DNA of 64,000 nt from Tubiluchus corallicola (taxonomy: Eukaryota; Animalia; Priapulida): NCBI GenBank assembly GCA_030141605.1, contig JAQGDQ010000377.1, positions 124,001 through 188,000 on the forward strand. Reading direction: 5' to 3'. Shown here piece after piece: positions 1 through 27,169 of this stretch. Every line of letters begins with the position of its first letter. Positions within the stretch are counted from its first letter, which is position 1. The notes under the pieces were generated by a model, which was not told the DNA's origin, made no database searches, and saw nothing but the letters and a program-made list of their open reading frames with translations. A program made the position numbers and the translations under genes.

Positions 1-13941
<13,941 letters not shown>

Positions 13942-14075
13942 CCAAATGGACAGGCAGAGTATTAAATGATTTAAGATTTTGAAGCGTAGTTATATAAGCC
14001 ATGTTTTTTCCAGCCAAAACGCATCAAAGAACACCATAATGCATAATACTGTATGTATTGTAAAACATGATTTTT

Positions 14076-14081
14076 AATAAA
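14076..14081 (+). terminator. Candidate polyadenylation signal of gene 1
   Basis: AATAAA 135 nt after the stop codon; AT-rich background makes chance matches common. Confidence 0.45.
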
Positions 14082-14443
14082 TTCTTGGTTTAAATTTATT
14101 CAAAATATAATTTGACAATTGTAGCTTTGAAACAGCCAGTTTGACAACCGACATATTTTGTTCCCTTTTGGCAGTGAAATCCTAGACATACAATATTTTA
14201 ATACTTAGGAACTTCCAAGTTAATATCATTTAACACTTATTTATATCTCGTTTGTTGCATGACTGTCAACAAATTACATTGAGAAGCTGACAAAACAGAG
14301 AATACTGTGAGTAAATCATGTCTGACATAGCGGCAATAAGTGTAGACATTTTAGTAATGACTAACTGTTTCATAAGCAGAACTACATTGGCAAGTAGGAT
14401 ATATCAGCTACACATTTGATTTTTAGTTTTTCTTAAGTAGCAG

Positions 14444-15232
14444 TGTTACCTCAACAAATGAAATGTTATTACGATCGCTAATTAAACAATTAATGTCAAT
14501 TAATTAATTGCCCAACTACGGGAGCTTCGGCTGGGTCGGACTGGCTATGATGAATACCAGAGCGACCTCAGACCACGAAATACGCGTTGTGAAGTAAATC
14601 TGTATCTCCCAAGTTTACTAGCTGGGCTCCGCAATGAGCCGCTTCAATATGATTATGCTTTATGGTAGATTCGAGTGACAGATGGTATCTCTACGAGTAT
14701 GCAAGGTTGTGAGTAATACTAGATCGCACAAATCAAAGTGAACATGCTATTGACAACGGTATACAGGTTTATTGATTAGATAAATTGATAATAAGATGGT
14801 TTAACAATAACAACATTCAAATAAATTACCGAAACAATATAGGCCAACTGCCTCTTAAATTCTGTGGTTACATCTTAGTTTGCTTGTTACTTTAATTTCA
14901 ATTATTAATCATTTGTCCGAAATGTTATCATACATACATTAAATTCAATATATAACCTGGGTGAGTCATTTTCCCTAAATGGAATAATCTTCGTTCAGAT
15001 GCCAATTATTCATTAATTGATTTCAATTTTATTTTCCTAATGAATGATTTAACATTCTAAAATAAACTCATAACATAATCAGTAACTTATACTGCATCAT
15101 ATTAAATTTGGAAGCTGTAATAATATTGTACGAAACCTTTGCTGCGTATGGCCAGCTAAGAATAGTCTGTTTCTAGTGTCTCATGTCTTACTTACTCATG
15201 TAGTACTCTCACACAGTTGACGCGTGTAATAC
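14444..15232. mobile_element. Dispersed LTR-like repeat, copy A (boundaries approximate)
   Basis: Core 14516-14703 is clearly homologous to 31261-31448 and shares motif islands with 18660-18890 and 56921-57165. Confidence 0.5.
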
Positions 15233-16269
15233 AACTTACCATTTATTCATTGTAAGGTAAGCAAATGCATACTCAATATTCACAATTAAGTTAGAGTCTA
15301 TGACAACTGTAAACACGTATCTATAATGGTAGCAGCTACCTGATTACTAGGGGTGAACATTCTCTACCAAAAAGCGAATTTGAATCGAACGGAATTTGTG
15401 ATTTTCGAATTTGAATTGAACGGAATTTCAGTATTTCGAATTCGAATTGAGAATGAATGATTTCTAAACAAGTCTTCGAACCACCAATAAAAAACGAGTC
15501 TTACGAAAAGGTCCTACAGGTAGGACCTTAGAGTGTATCTTACAGGAGGCGATGATTACATGGAATTTTAGATTCGTAAAGAGGCTCTCGAATAGGGCTG
15601 CGGAACAGTAATGATGCATCGGGCTGAGAGATGGCAGGAATGAAACTCCACGTTGTTTCCTCATCACTGTCATGTCAAGTGCGATCTGGGCTGTATGGTG
15701 GAGGAGAATCACCAAAGGGATCCAATTGCACTTCAGCTGCTATAAAAACACTTTCAATTTGCAGTCATTAGTACTTAGTATTTGTATTCGTCGTAGAATA
15801 TCGATACTAAAAATATGAAACATTAGACAAAAGCATTGGGTGTGGGGGGTACATGTATAGACCTAGACGTTGTGTAATTTTCTCTGCTAATATGCGGGCG
15901 GGGAGGGGGAACGGTGCTGCGTGCATGGGCTATGCAGCATTGAAAAGGTTCATAAAGTAGCAAAGTTATTACCATTAGACAAAGAGTATGATAAACAAGG
16001 CCTGGATGTAAGATCCATTATTTAGCAACAATTTAGTAAATTGAAAAAGGTGTATAAAATGAATCTACGTGAAAGTCAAATTTATTGTTGCATTTAATAA
16101 CATATCTACTGGGTACTAATTTACTTTGTAATTGGGTAAATGAACAGTTACTGTCGAAAAGAAACGGCATTTAGAAAGGGGAACTAGAGGGGCATCTAAA
16201 AGAGCTAACTAAAAAGCAAGCTTACTGACACAATCACATCGAACATTAATGATGATGACAATGATACTG

Positions 16270-17255
16270 AAAACTGAAAGTGGAAGCGTCCGAGCAGAGC
16301 GAAAATGTGGAGGCTTCACCGGATATTCTAGCAATGCCAGCGTGTTCCAGACAGAAAGACGATGAAGGCAACAAGAACGCCACCCTTAAGAAGCCCGCTT
16401 GCGTGGGAGCCAACTGCAAGAAGGCTTCGACAGAATCGCTGAAGGACATGGGCTCCGTGGTTCGTCGAGTGACGCGCAGCAGTGTCGAGAAGAGCAGGCA
16501 GGACAGTTCCCCATCTCACAAGGATGATCCTGAACTTGAAGATGCATTCAACGAGTTCCCGTCTGGATCGCCGAAAAAGAAGAAGAAAAGATCCAGAGGA
16601 ACGTCTCGAGAAATTTCCGGATTCTGATAGCAGCGTAGAGGAGGAGTGTTATTCTAGCAAGTTGAGACAGAAGGGCTCGGTCAGGTCCGGTTGGTTCAAG
16701 GAACCATCAGATTCTGAAGAATCGAACGAAGAAGTCGGCTTGAAGAATTTGGCAAGGTCGTGACAGAAATCCACCAAGGTCAAGAAGGAACAAGTTTGGG
16801 TGGAAGTTGACAAGGAAGTTTACGTGAACAAAGGGGACCCATCGTATAAGCCGCCGAAGTTTCCGAAGGTGCCGCGCCTTTCTCACCCCAGGCTGACCGA
16901 GACAGTGATCAACGATTTGGTCAACCTCTTTTACAGCCTGCGACCTAGCGTGGTTGATCCGCTGTTGCCATGGTCGGGGCTGAAGGACGTATGTTACCAA
17001 TATCTGGCCGTTGCGGAGAAGCAGGAGAAGGAGGCGGCCGAGGAGGAGGCAAAGAATGCCGTAAATCCCACCTCCGTCGACCCAAACCCGGCCATAACGA
17101 CCAAGGTCAAGATTCAGACGTTTCCGGCTCATCTTGCGCCTCACATTAGAAGCCAAGTTGCGAAAATGAAAGTAGAGGTGGAGCTACGAAGCGAAGCCAT
17201 TGCAAACGCATCTTCTGCATCAGGTAATAGCCCTGCTCCGGGAAACGTTTCCTAA
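16270..17255 (+). pseudogene. GC-rich degraded ORF of unknown family (possibly transposon ORF1/gag-like)
   Basis: ORFs 16280-16627, 16482-16763 and 16800-17255 join with one frameshift near the AAG run at about 16575-16590 and one in-frame TGA at 16761-16763; much higher GC than flanks; acidic/basic low complexity with PKKKKK. Confidence 0.4.
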
Positions 17256-18609
17256 TCATTTTCCCCACCTCAGACTTTCGATAGGCGGCTTAGTTGTTTA
17301 AAAATGTATCTGAGTTACAAGATACACGGACTGTAGGCAACCAAGACCTTCTTAACCATTTTACTCAGTTTCAGAGTCTTAAGATCAGGATTTATTATAA
17401 TTCAATTGCATATTACTGTTTCGCAAAATACTTTCATATCTCGGTTTGCTGGACAAAAGCGGGGGAGGGGGGGTGGTACCGGTCCGAATTTGGCGATTGT
17501 CTGCATTTACCGACACTAAGCTAATACAGTAGGCGTCGTGTATGAGACTCACGATAATGTAGAATCAATTGCCTAATTGTCTCAAAAACGCCTAAGTACG
17601 GGCCACTCCTATGCAAAAGTAAATAAAAACTGTCTGCAATTGACTCAAATAATTCCGTATAATTGACTATATATTTCTATATATAGAGATAATCTAAACA
17701 AAGTGAAGGTCCGCCAACTAGTGGTCAGCTCACGAAACAATGGACTGCGTCCATAGTACGCGGCACTTTATAACTGACCATCTTTGAGCAAGATATGAGT
17801 GTAACCCGTAATAATATAAAGCAAGCGTAATTCTGATGAACTCTATCCCTACGGGAATTTCCATTTTGTAACTCAGATCAATTTTGACAACTCAGTTCTA
17901 CGTCCGTTCTGAGGTTTTGTGCCAAATGTATAATAATTGTCCATATTAGTTTTAATGGGTTCCTATTTTTAGCTTTTATTTATCGTTTTTATCTTTTATT
18001 GATCGAAAGATGGCTTTCAGTTTCACATTTTTAAGCAATATACAGTTAACTATGAACAACTCGACCATCTCGGAACCGGAAAATTTGTTCGAGTTTTGCG
18101 AAACTTCGAATTCGACGTTTGAGCCACTGATGAACGTCTGACAATACACCAGTAAAACGACAGCCTACGTGAAAATGGCAAACTGAGCCTGTAATTAAAT
18201 ATGAAACAAAAGTTTTTATGAATAATTGTATCCTGAATAGCAGTGGTTAATAGAATTCGGCAATAATAATATGGTGATCTAGTTAGTAAACCACGCTCCT
18301 TAAGCCATATTCATCATCATCATACGCCCGTCACGTCTATTGTAGACGTTGGGCAGGCAGAATTCTAAAATAAAAGAAATCTGCCTTCAGACAGGTAAAC
18401 GCAGCAGTAATCCAGCAAAAAAAACTAGACACTGCTACGCCAGTGGCTTGTCAGCACCAATTCCATTCCGTAAGGCATATTGAGTGCAGCGTTCTGCTAA
18501 GGTAATACAGGAAATCTTAGAACTTTTGCCGACACTATCACCTTCTAAAATTCAAATGCCTAATGTTTCTGTTAATCTAGATCGTATAGGGTAAGGTGAC
18601 TTAAATCTA

Positions 18610-19840
18610 TGTATCGTATAGATTGAATTTTAATGTGTTCGCTTAACTCCTAAATGCTATAAGGTGAATCCTTCACCTGACTCCGAGAGCTTTGGATGTC
18701 AGTCTAGTAAGCAATGATCGTCTTATCTAAACTTCACCTTGACCTTCGCGTTGTGAGAAAGGTCTATATCTCTCAAGTTTCCTAGCTATGTCCCCGCAAT
18801 ATGGACGATAGTTAATACAAAGCGAACTAATCAGATTCGTATATCGGAAATAGTGTTGCTTGAGTTAAACACTGATAATATACATTAACTCAATTGTTAA
18901 ATGTCCAAGAGAATTGTTTTATTGATTTACAATAATTACTGCTTAAGTATATCTTACAAGATTTAGTCCTTAAGCGCTTTTGACGCTCACAACTATTTTG
19001 TTAGCTTCTCAAAAGTACCTCTCTGAACAATTCTTCAATTCCTAATTCCTATCACCTAAGGTGTATACTTTACACTTATTCTCACTATAGTACAATGTGA
19101 ACTTATAAGAACTACTAACGATATGCACAGTTAATTCTCAGTTTTACCAATATGTTAAGAGTACTTAACTCTGCGGATTTGACCCAATGTACAATACAAT
19201 TTGGTCAATTCCGATAGCTGATACAAGATTTCTCGTCGGCTCAGTGCCCAGATTATCCTAGGAACGCAGAAAGATGTCTACGCTGAACTTCAGGAGTTGT
19301 CTTGTTGATCGAATCGCCTTCTGTGTGTTTTACCGTACACACAGCACGTGTCTCCTCCAATACGATCGGGTGGAACGAGCGCTGGGTTATTCGAACCCGG
19401 GGCTTATATTTCATTGAGGTAACCTTGCAGTAACCTTGCACAATTTCTGCGTCGTATGAAGCAACAAAATTTATGGGACAAGTTTTGAAGACGCAGTCAT
19501 TATACGCCCGTAAAACGTATCCGTGTTCTTTCTTCAAAAAACAACGACCTCGCAGAGTTTTGTTAATTACTAGCAATCTGTGCATAACGCTCATTATGAA
19601 CGGTACATCCGTCTCGACTTAATGTTAGCTAATTATCTTAAGCATCTTAGAGTGTCCTGACGTAAACGCTATTCTTAGTTCTGACATCCTACGCAGTTTA
19701 CCTGACATTAAATCCGGGCTTTCAGCTGAGTGAGTTTCTTATCGCACGATCTGTAAATTTATTCATGCAATCAGGGAGGCAGACATCTCTTATACCAAAA
19801 TATCGAAAATCATCGATTTATAAATTTATTCCCCACAACA
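18610..19840. mobile_element. Dispersed solo-LTR-like repeat, copy C
   Basis: Starts TGTATCGTATAG, ends ACAACA; collinear similarity to 56849-58422 (e.g. CAGCTGAGTGAGTT, AAATTTATTC near the end). No clean TSD seen. Confidence 0.55.
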
Positions 19841-19959
19841 CTAGCAATTAAAATCATAATGTGGTGCATGCTTTTACGTAGGATTTCTCGCTTGGAAGAT
19901 TGTTCGAGATGGGAAGGTTCAGATTCTTATACATCGTACCAGGAATTCGAGTTACACAT

Positions 19960-20580
19960 TATTTCTTTATAAATATATAAATAAACTGAGCATTCCATTT
20001 ATAAACAATCCCTTAGCGTTTATTCCTGATACCACATTGAACACTAGAACATACAATTTAAAGCAAATTACAGTAAACAATAAATTTGGAAATAACTCTA
20101 TATCAAAACAGGCCATACATTTATGGAACTTACTACCCAGTGAAATAAAACAAATAGAATCTCTCCACCACTTTAAAAAGAAATTAAAAGAATATCAATA
20201 TAACAGGTTTCAACTTCCACATTGTGCATCTGATACTAATTACACGGACTCCACTTTCATATACCCCCGCCCCTGACTCCATATAATGATTAAAAATGAA
20301 ATTTTTTAAAAAAAATTATGTAATGTAATACGTGTTATGTTAGTTTCGTGTTTCGTAATGTTAAATGTATAAATAGTGTGCACTATGTAATGTAAAATTT
20401 AATGTACTTTCCTATAATTGTTTGTGAAAATATTTTAATATGGTATTTGTAAATATGTTCATTATATTGTATATAGTTTGCACTTTAGTTTTTTTTAGTA
20501 TGCACTGGACGCATTTGTCTTGAACAGTGTTGTTATTTTAACATTACGCTGAGGCTAACTCAATTTTATTATAATGAGGG
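19960..20580 (+). mobile_element. LINE (CR1/L2-like) 3' fragment
   Basis: AIHLWNLLPSEIKQIESLHHFKKKLKEY matches the WNxLP...SLxxFKKKLK C-terminal motif of CR1-group ORF2. Confidence 0.7.
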
Positions 20581-21148
20581 AACCGTTTTTATGACAAATA
20601 AAGAATTAATATATATATATATATACATTTCAAAGTTATGCGATATTTTAACTTATAAGAGAAAAAGATATAAGAGAAAAATGAAACGGAAAATGCGTTC
20701 CACGAGAACTGTATGAGATACCCAAGAATTTGAGTTGTAACGGGTCGAGTTGTGCATAGTTTCCTGTATATACGTTTGCTGGATATCCAGGCGTGTACAC
20801 TCGAGTAACGTCTTTCAGGTCGTGGATTCAACATACTTGTGGAATCTAAGATTATTCTTCTGGTTGAATACGACCGCGAATTAGATGGTTATCAAGGCGC
20901 ATTTGCTCAACGACTAATTATGGACTAATAATCATAATAACTGGACTAACCAGCTTACAGGCAACTTGTGGAACATATAAGTATCTTGAAATTATTGGAC
21001 TCTACCGTCATGAATACCTCCTGTTAGTGGGCTGGTATTACAAAGGGCTGATTGTTCCAAAGTTTGCCTATTACCTGACTCCTGTCGAGCAAATCTACAA
21101 CTACATTTACTCATGGAACTAACGAAAATTGCTGCCGTAATGGATGTG

Positions 21149-21755
21149 GTTACCGTAATCATTTGTATGCTGAAATCCAATAATAGGACCAAATTCCTCT
21201 TCACATAAAAGAATTTCACTTGCAGTTACCGTACTCATTTGCATGCTAAAATCCAACAATAGGACCAAATTCCTCTTCAAATAAAAGAATTTCACTTGCA
21301 GTTACTGTAATCATTTGTATGCTAAAATCCAACAATAGGACCAAATTCCTCGTCACATAAAAGAATTTCACTTGCAGTTACTGTAATCATTTGTATGCTA
21401 AAATCCAACAATAGGACCAAATTCCTCTTCACATAAAAGAATTTCACTTGCAGTTACTGTAATCATTTGTATGCTAAATTCCAACAATAGGACCAAATTC
21501 CTCTTCACATAAAAGAATGTCACTTGCAGTTACGTTATTTGTATGCTAAATTCCAACAATAGGACCAAATTCCTCTTCACATAAAAGAATGTCACTTGCA
21601 GTTACCGTAATCATTTGTATGCTAAAATCCCACCATAGGACCAAATTCCTCTTCACATAAAAGAATTTCACTTGCAGTTACCGTAATCATTTGTATGCTA
21701 AATTCCAACAATAGGACCAAATTCCTCTTCACATAAAAGAATTTCACTTGCAGTT
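21149..21755. repeat. 76-bp minisatellite, about 8 copies
   Basis: GTTACCGTAATCATTTGTATGCTAAAATCCAACAATAGGACCAAATTCCTCTTCACATAAAAGAATTTCACTTGCA. Confidence 0.95.
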
Positions 21756-22239
21756 GTTCATAATATTCACCTTTAATTAAACAAGTATTTTGTTGCATCG
21801 CTTATTAGATGTCATTCCTAAATAAGTTTATACCTATTTGTTTATTGTTTCATTGTATGTATATTTTTGCATATAAATACAAATGCTCGTACAATAAAAA
21901 ATCTTTTTAGGATTATTTTTATGTAATTTCTTCAATTTAATTTTGATGCAAATGAGTAAAAAAAATTAAAATTAAACTGTAAGTTACGCATACAAAGATG
22001 AGTAATTTTTCACATGTAGACAAATGATATTATAGTAGTTAAAGTAACGAAAAGCTAAACAACATTGTCTCATTGCAATAAAGCAGTCAAAGAAGACACG
22101 GTTCATCATTGAAGTTTAGACTAGCAAGTTTTCTGTCGCGAGGTTTTTCCTGTAGCAGTAAACTCGCAAGTGTGAACCGATTTGCGCTTTAGTGTTGTAA
22201 AATTATTGCAAACTCTCAGACAGCTGCAGCGAGATGACG

Positions 22240-23208
22240 TCTCCTGCGAGTTACTGTCTAGTGTGAACAGGGAGTCTGAACATGCTTGTAAGTTCTCAGG
22301 CGAGTTACTGTCTAGTGTGAACAGGGAGTCTGAATATGCTTGTAAGTTCTCAGGCGAGTTACTGTCTAGTGTGAACAGAAAGTCTGAATATGCTTGTAAG
22401 TTCTCATGCGAGTTACTGTCTAATGTGAACAGGGAGTCTGAACATGCTTGTAAGTTCTCAGGCGAGTTACTGTCTAGTGTGAACAGGGAGTCTGAACATG
22501 CTTGTAAGTTCTCCAGCGAGTTACTGTCTAGTGTGAACAGGGAGTCTGAACATGCTTGTAAGTTCTCAACCGAGTTACTGTCTAGTGTGAACAAGGAGTC
22601 TGAACATGCTTGTAAGTTCTCCTGCGATTTACTGTCTAGTGTGAACAGGGAGTCTGAATATGCTTGTAAGTTCTCAGACGAGTTACTGTCTAGTGTGAAC
22701 AGGGAGTCTGAACATGCTTGTAAGTTCTCCAGCGAGTTACTGTCTAGTGTGAACAGGGAGTCTGAACATGCTTGTAAGTTCTCAACCGAGTTACTGTCTA
22801 GTGTGATCATGGATTCTGAACATGCTTGTAAGTTCTCCAGCGAGTTACTGTCTAGTGTGAACAGGGAGTCTGAACATGCTTGTAAGTTCTCAACCGAGTT
22901 ACTGTCTAGTGTGAACAGGGAGTCTGAATATGCTTGTAAGTTGTCAGGCGAGATACTGTCTAGTGTAAACAGGGAGTTTGAACATGCTTGTAAGTTCTCA
23001 GACGAGTTACTGTCTAGTGTGAACAGGGAGTCTGAACATGCTTGTAAGTTCTCCAGCGAGTTACTGTCTAGTGTGAACAGGGAGTCTGAACATGCTTGTA
23101 AGTTCTCAACCGAGTTACTGTCTAGTGTGAACAGGGAGTCTGAATATGCTTGTAAGTTGTCAGGCGAGATACTGTCTAGTGTGAACAGGGAGTTTCAACA
23201 TGCTTGTA
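22240..23208. repeat. 54-bp minisatellite, about 18 copies
   Basis: GAGTTACTGTCTAGTGTGAACAGGGAGTCTGAACATGCTTGTAAGTTCTCAGGC; period divisible by 3 explains ORFs on both strands. Confidence 0.95.
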
Positions 23209-26200
23209 GTAAAATAATTTGACTAAAGTTTATTGCGTGGTGTGTGAGATAGCCGCGATGGGCATGGCAAACTATCAAGACTTTATTTAATAAACTATAC
23301 ATTTATCAATTATCAAACACAACAAGGTAAAAATAAGCCTTCTGTGTTCAAGTCAGTTCCTAATCTGCCCGAGGTACGGGTCTCAAATCACTTTTGTCTA
23401 ACTACCTAACGCGCCGTGAGCTTCTGCGCATAAGGATTACATCATCATTCTTTACTTCTGAGTCAGCCGGTCGAACATCAGCTGATCACGTGATGCCACA
23501 CCTAACTAGGCTTCTAGCCACGACGATAGTTTAATCTTGCATCGTCAAGCATTTACTCTTCAGTTATTAATTTAATAATTTGATCAGCAATTTAATAAAA
23601 ATCCTTATTTAACACAACTTTCCTTTACTCTTGTAAGTTCTTAGGCGAGTTACTTAGCAAACTGAGCAAAGTTAATTTAGACTTCCTGCAAGTGGACAAA
23701 CCCACAGAGAAATACAAGGTATAAGTGTAAGGATGGTCTTAGTTATAAAATGTCATGTCATGTGAGTGCAACTAATGTAATTACGCACATGCGTCGTTTT
23801 TTAACACGCCACTAGATGGCAGACTGGAAAAATTACTTGGTCACCATAGCAACGCCAAATTTACCAATGCCCTTTCCAGCAGTGTGACGTTAGAAGCTAC
23901 AGCAGGACAATGAACATAGCAGCTGCGTGTCACAAAAACCATGGCAACCTATTGTTCCAGTTAAGATGTGGCTTGCAGCTGCATGAAATTTTACACAATT
24001 TTTTATACAATTATCATTAGCACACAAAAAGTTTATGTCCCGCATTTGCATAAATAACATATTCCAACTTGGATACTTCATTAGCTGTTTGAAGATGCTG
24101 GCTGTTTTTGTTTAAGTAGGCATATGATCTTGACACAAAACTGTTATCATTACAAAACTTAAGAACCCTTCTTAATAGACCCGTTGGTTATTTTTACCTG
24201 CAAACACTCATTGTGACAAAATTAACGAATATTGTGCAAAGAGTGAAATTTCTCAATGGCCACTAGAATAATCTGACACAACAATGAAACTTGTAATTGC
24301 ACTATTTAGGCCTTTAATGCTCTTAGGTCCCATTTCCAGGGAGGCATCAATACTGCAAGACAATCACGAAATTTCACATTTACATTGACATTGTTTAGGA
24401 TGTACAAGTGGCTCTCCATGTAAATGCTCATTAATGCTAGAAAGGAGACGATGATTAGTCTAACTTACATAATCAGCAAGACAAGCTGCACATTTCTAAT
24501 TTATCGTAGTGACACACGTTTTCAATTGACGCTAAAACTAAGAATCATTTTGGCTTACATTACAATGCTGTTTGAGAACATAACAAAAACTAACTTTGCC
24601 ACATGATCGGTTTAGAAAATTCTGGAGCTTCCATAATTATTACTAATAAATCGGTGCGTTGACATTTTCTGATCCGAAATACTCAACCATCGAATGTGAC
24701 TCGTTGGGGGAAATTTAGAGACTGGAAAGTTCTATGACCTTCATATAATTTGAAATTTGTCATGACAACATGCTTCCCAGACGCTTCACCTCAAAGAATT
24801 AAAAAAATGACGACTTAATTACATACAATGAATTAGCATGTTCATGCACAAAACTCATTGTAAATCTTTGAAATGTATACTAGAATTAATCAAAAACATT
24901 ATAATGCAAGGTTAAACTAGTTGCCTAGTGTAGGACTAATGTTGCAAAACATTTCACTCTTAACCATGAGTTAAACAAGATGTATTAACGAAAATTTCGA
25001 TATTTTAATTTAAATTTTCGTCTGTCCATAAAAACAGAATTTCACACACGTAAACGTAACTTTAAGCTCTACCTTTGTCTAAATATGTACTTATATATTT
25101 ACTTAAATACAGTTATAATTTCTATTGCCTATTTTGAAGTGTAATTTATTGAAAAATTATGACGTCTAGACTTCTTAAGTTATACAAAAAATTCTTCTTG
25201 AAATCCAGTAAATTTGACTTCCACATTTTATGTGTTATTGTTGTCATCATCATTATTATCATCGTCGACATTATTATCATAATTAGCATTGAGATCTTCG
25301 CTGTCAACAATGACAAGAATAACAACCACAATAGCAACAGCAACAATAATGATGGTAACATTAGTGCAGCGGTAATTAAACTTACATGTCGCGTGTCTAA
25401 CTATATACTGACATGTAGGGTTTTAAATTTGTATATAATGAGTAAATGCCAAAATATGTTTTGTTACTTCGTCTGGTAAGCTAACTTTATTCTCAAATAA
25501 TACTGTTGCTGAGCCAAGCTTTACCTTCTTTTGTGTTTAAACTTTTACTCACTCAAGAATTCAAAAGATGCGAAATGATGTGTTATTGCAAAATCGTTTT
25601 AAAACAAGAACACCCATCTGAATCAAAATGCAATAAAATCAAATACCTTGAACGCGTAAATCCTCCTTTCCGATTGGCTTTAAAATTAAAATTACTTACA
25701 TGTCTTATCTGTGCAAAATCTATAAATATATGTACTACATTGTGAATGCTTGAGTTCAGTTGTTGCTGGTGATTGTTTAAACGCGAAACAACAGAAGCCT
25801 GCTCCAGCCCTTCCAGCACTTGCCCTATAACCAATTTAGTCGTCAGTGTGAGAGACAGACAACTAAAGCTACATAAGCAACAATGAAAGCAGTACTCAAG
25901 TTGGACTTGCTGTTTGACAGCGATAATCTGGGGAAGCTAAAGCAAGAAATAGATAAACAAGTAAATGGTGCAATGTCACACCCTAGTGTAAAGCCAGTTG
26001 GGTAACAAGTAAAGATGTTTGAATTCCACGTTTTGGATCTTGCACAATGTATCTTTATTGTCATAACAAAGGCATCAAGTTATGAATTGATGTGAAAGAC
26101 TCAACTGAAACGTTTATTGAAACAGTACAAGACATTGATGAATTTTCAAAGAACAACTGGTTTCAAAGTACGAACCTTTGATAAGACTTTGGCCACAAGT

Positions 26201-26743
26201 CTACTTGATTTCCAAGGAGAAATTCCTGTTAAAAGTTAGACGGCCTTAATTTGTCCTTGGCCCATTGGTTGTTTTTTTTAATAGCAGCAGAACACTGCCT
26301 CTGGCTGGCAATCAATAAACAACATTTGTTTGTACGATCACGCAAGTGTACACCAGACTAAGCTACTCAATAGGTAAGTTGAGGAGTGCCCGAAAAGGGC
26401 GTATTTTTTAATTTCGTTTTATTAAATCATCTATAAATGACCAAAGAAATTGCATGATTGGATAGTCGATATTTTCCTTAATAGTACAGTACAAATTTGT
26501 AATCATTTAAATATGCCTGTGTTCAACTGTTCACATATCAGCAGAAAATTCATAGATCTTATAAGACCTATTCTTGAAAGATGCGGTCCTGAAGGAGTTA
26601 AATTAGATAATTGTTGAATTTTTAGCTTGGTGGCTGATATTCCTAATTCTATAGCAGTAAAAAATATGGGGCAATATTCAAATTTATAATGAATATTTTA
26701 ACCATTAGAGAAACTAATCTTGCTAGGTGTTGCCATTCACAAG

Positions 26744-27168
26744 TACAGTGTTCCCTCACTTATCGCGGGTGTTCCATTACAGGCCCACCCGCGATAAGTG
26801 AATTTCCGCGAAGTAGGGAGGCTATACTTATTTTATACTTATTCTATAATCAACCAATCGTGTGTTGTGTAAAATCTCACGTCGGCAAGTAGCATCTCAA
26901 GCGGGCGCAAGAACTACATTTCATTTTTGGTATGTATTCATCCGCCGAATAAATACACTATTTACTGTAAACGGTAATTTTTTATGATTTATAATATACT
27001 TTTAATTAAAATTAATATTTTAAATATATTTTTATACATTTTGTAATTTATACATTTTTTACGCAAAATTCATCAAATCTAAACATTTCTGTACAATACG
27101 TACTACGCATGTGCAAAAATACTTTAGAGTTAGACGGAGTATCGCAAAAACCCGCGAAACAGCGAAGA
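26744..27168. mobile_element. Tc1/mariner (Tigger-like) MITE, right end truncated
   Basis: TA|CAGTGTTCCCTCACTTATCGCGGG terminus with CCCGCGATAAGTGA subterminal repeats. Confidence 0.6.
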
Positions 27169-27169
27169 T

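Noticed and set aside
25880-26185. Coding-looking stretch (MKAVLKLDLLFDSDNLGKLKQEIDKQ...) as the lost N-terminus of the ankyrin gene
   Set aside because: Multiple stops, no recognisable domain, no splice link to the array.
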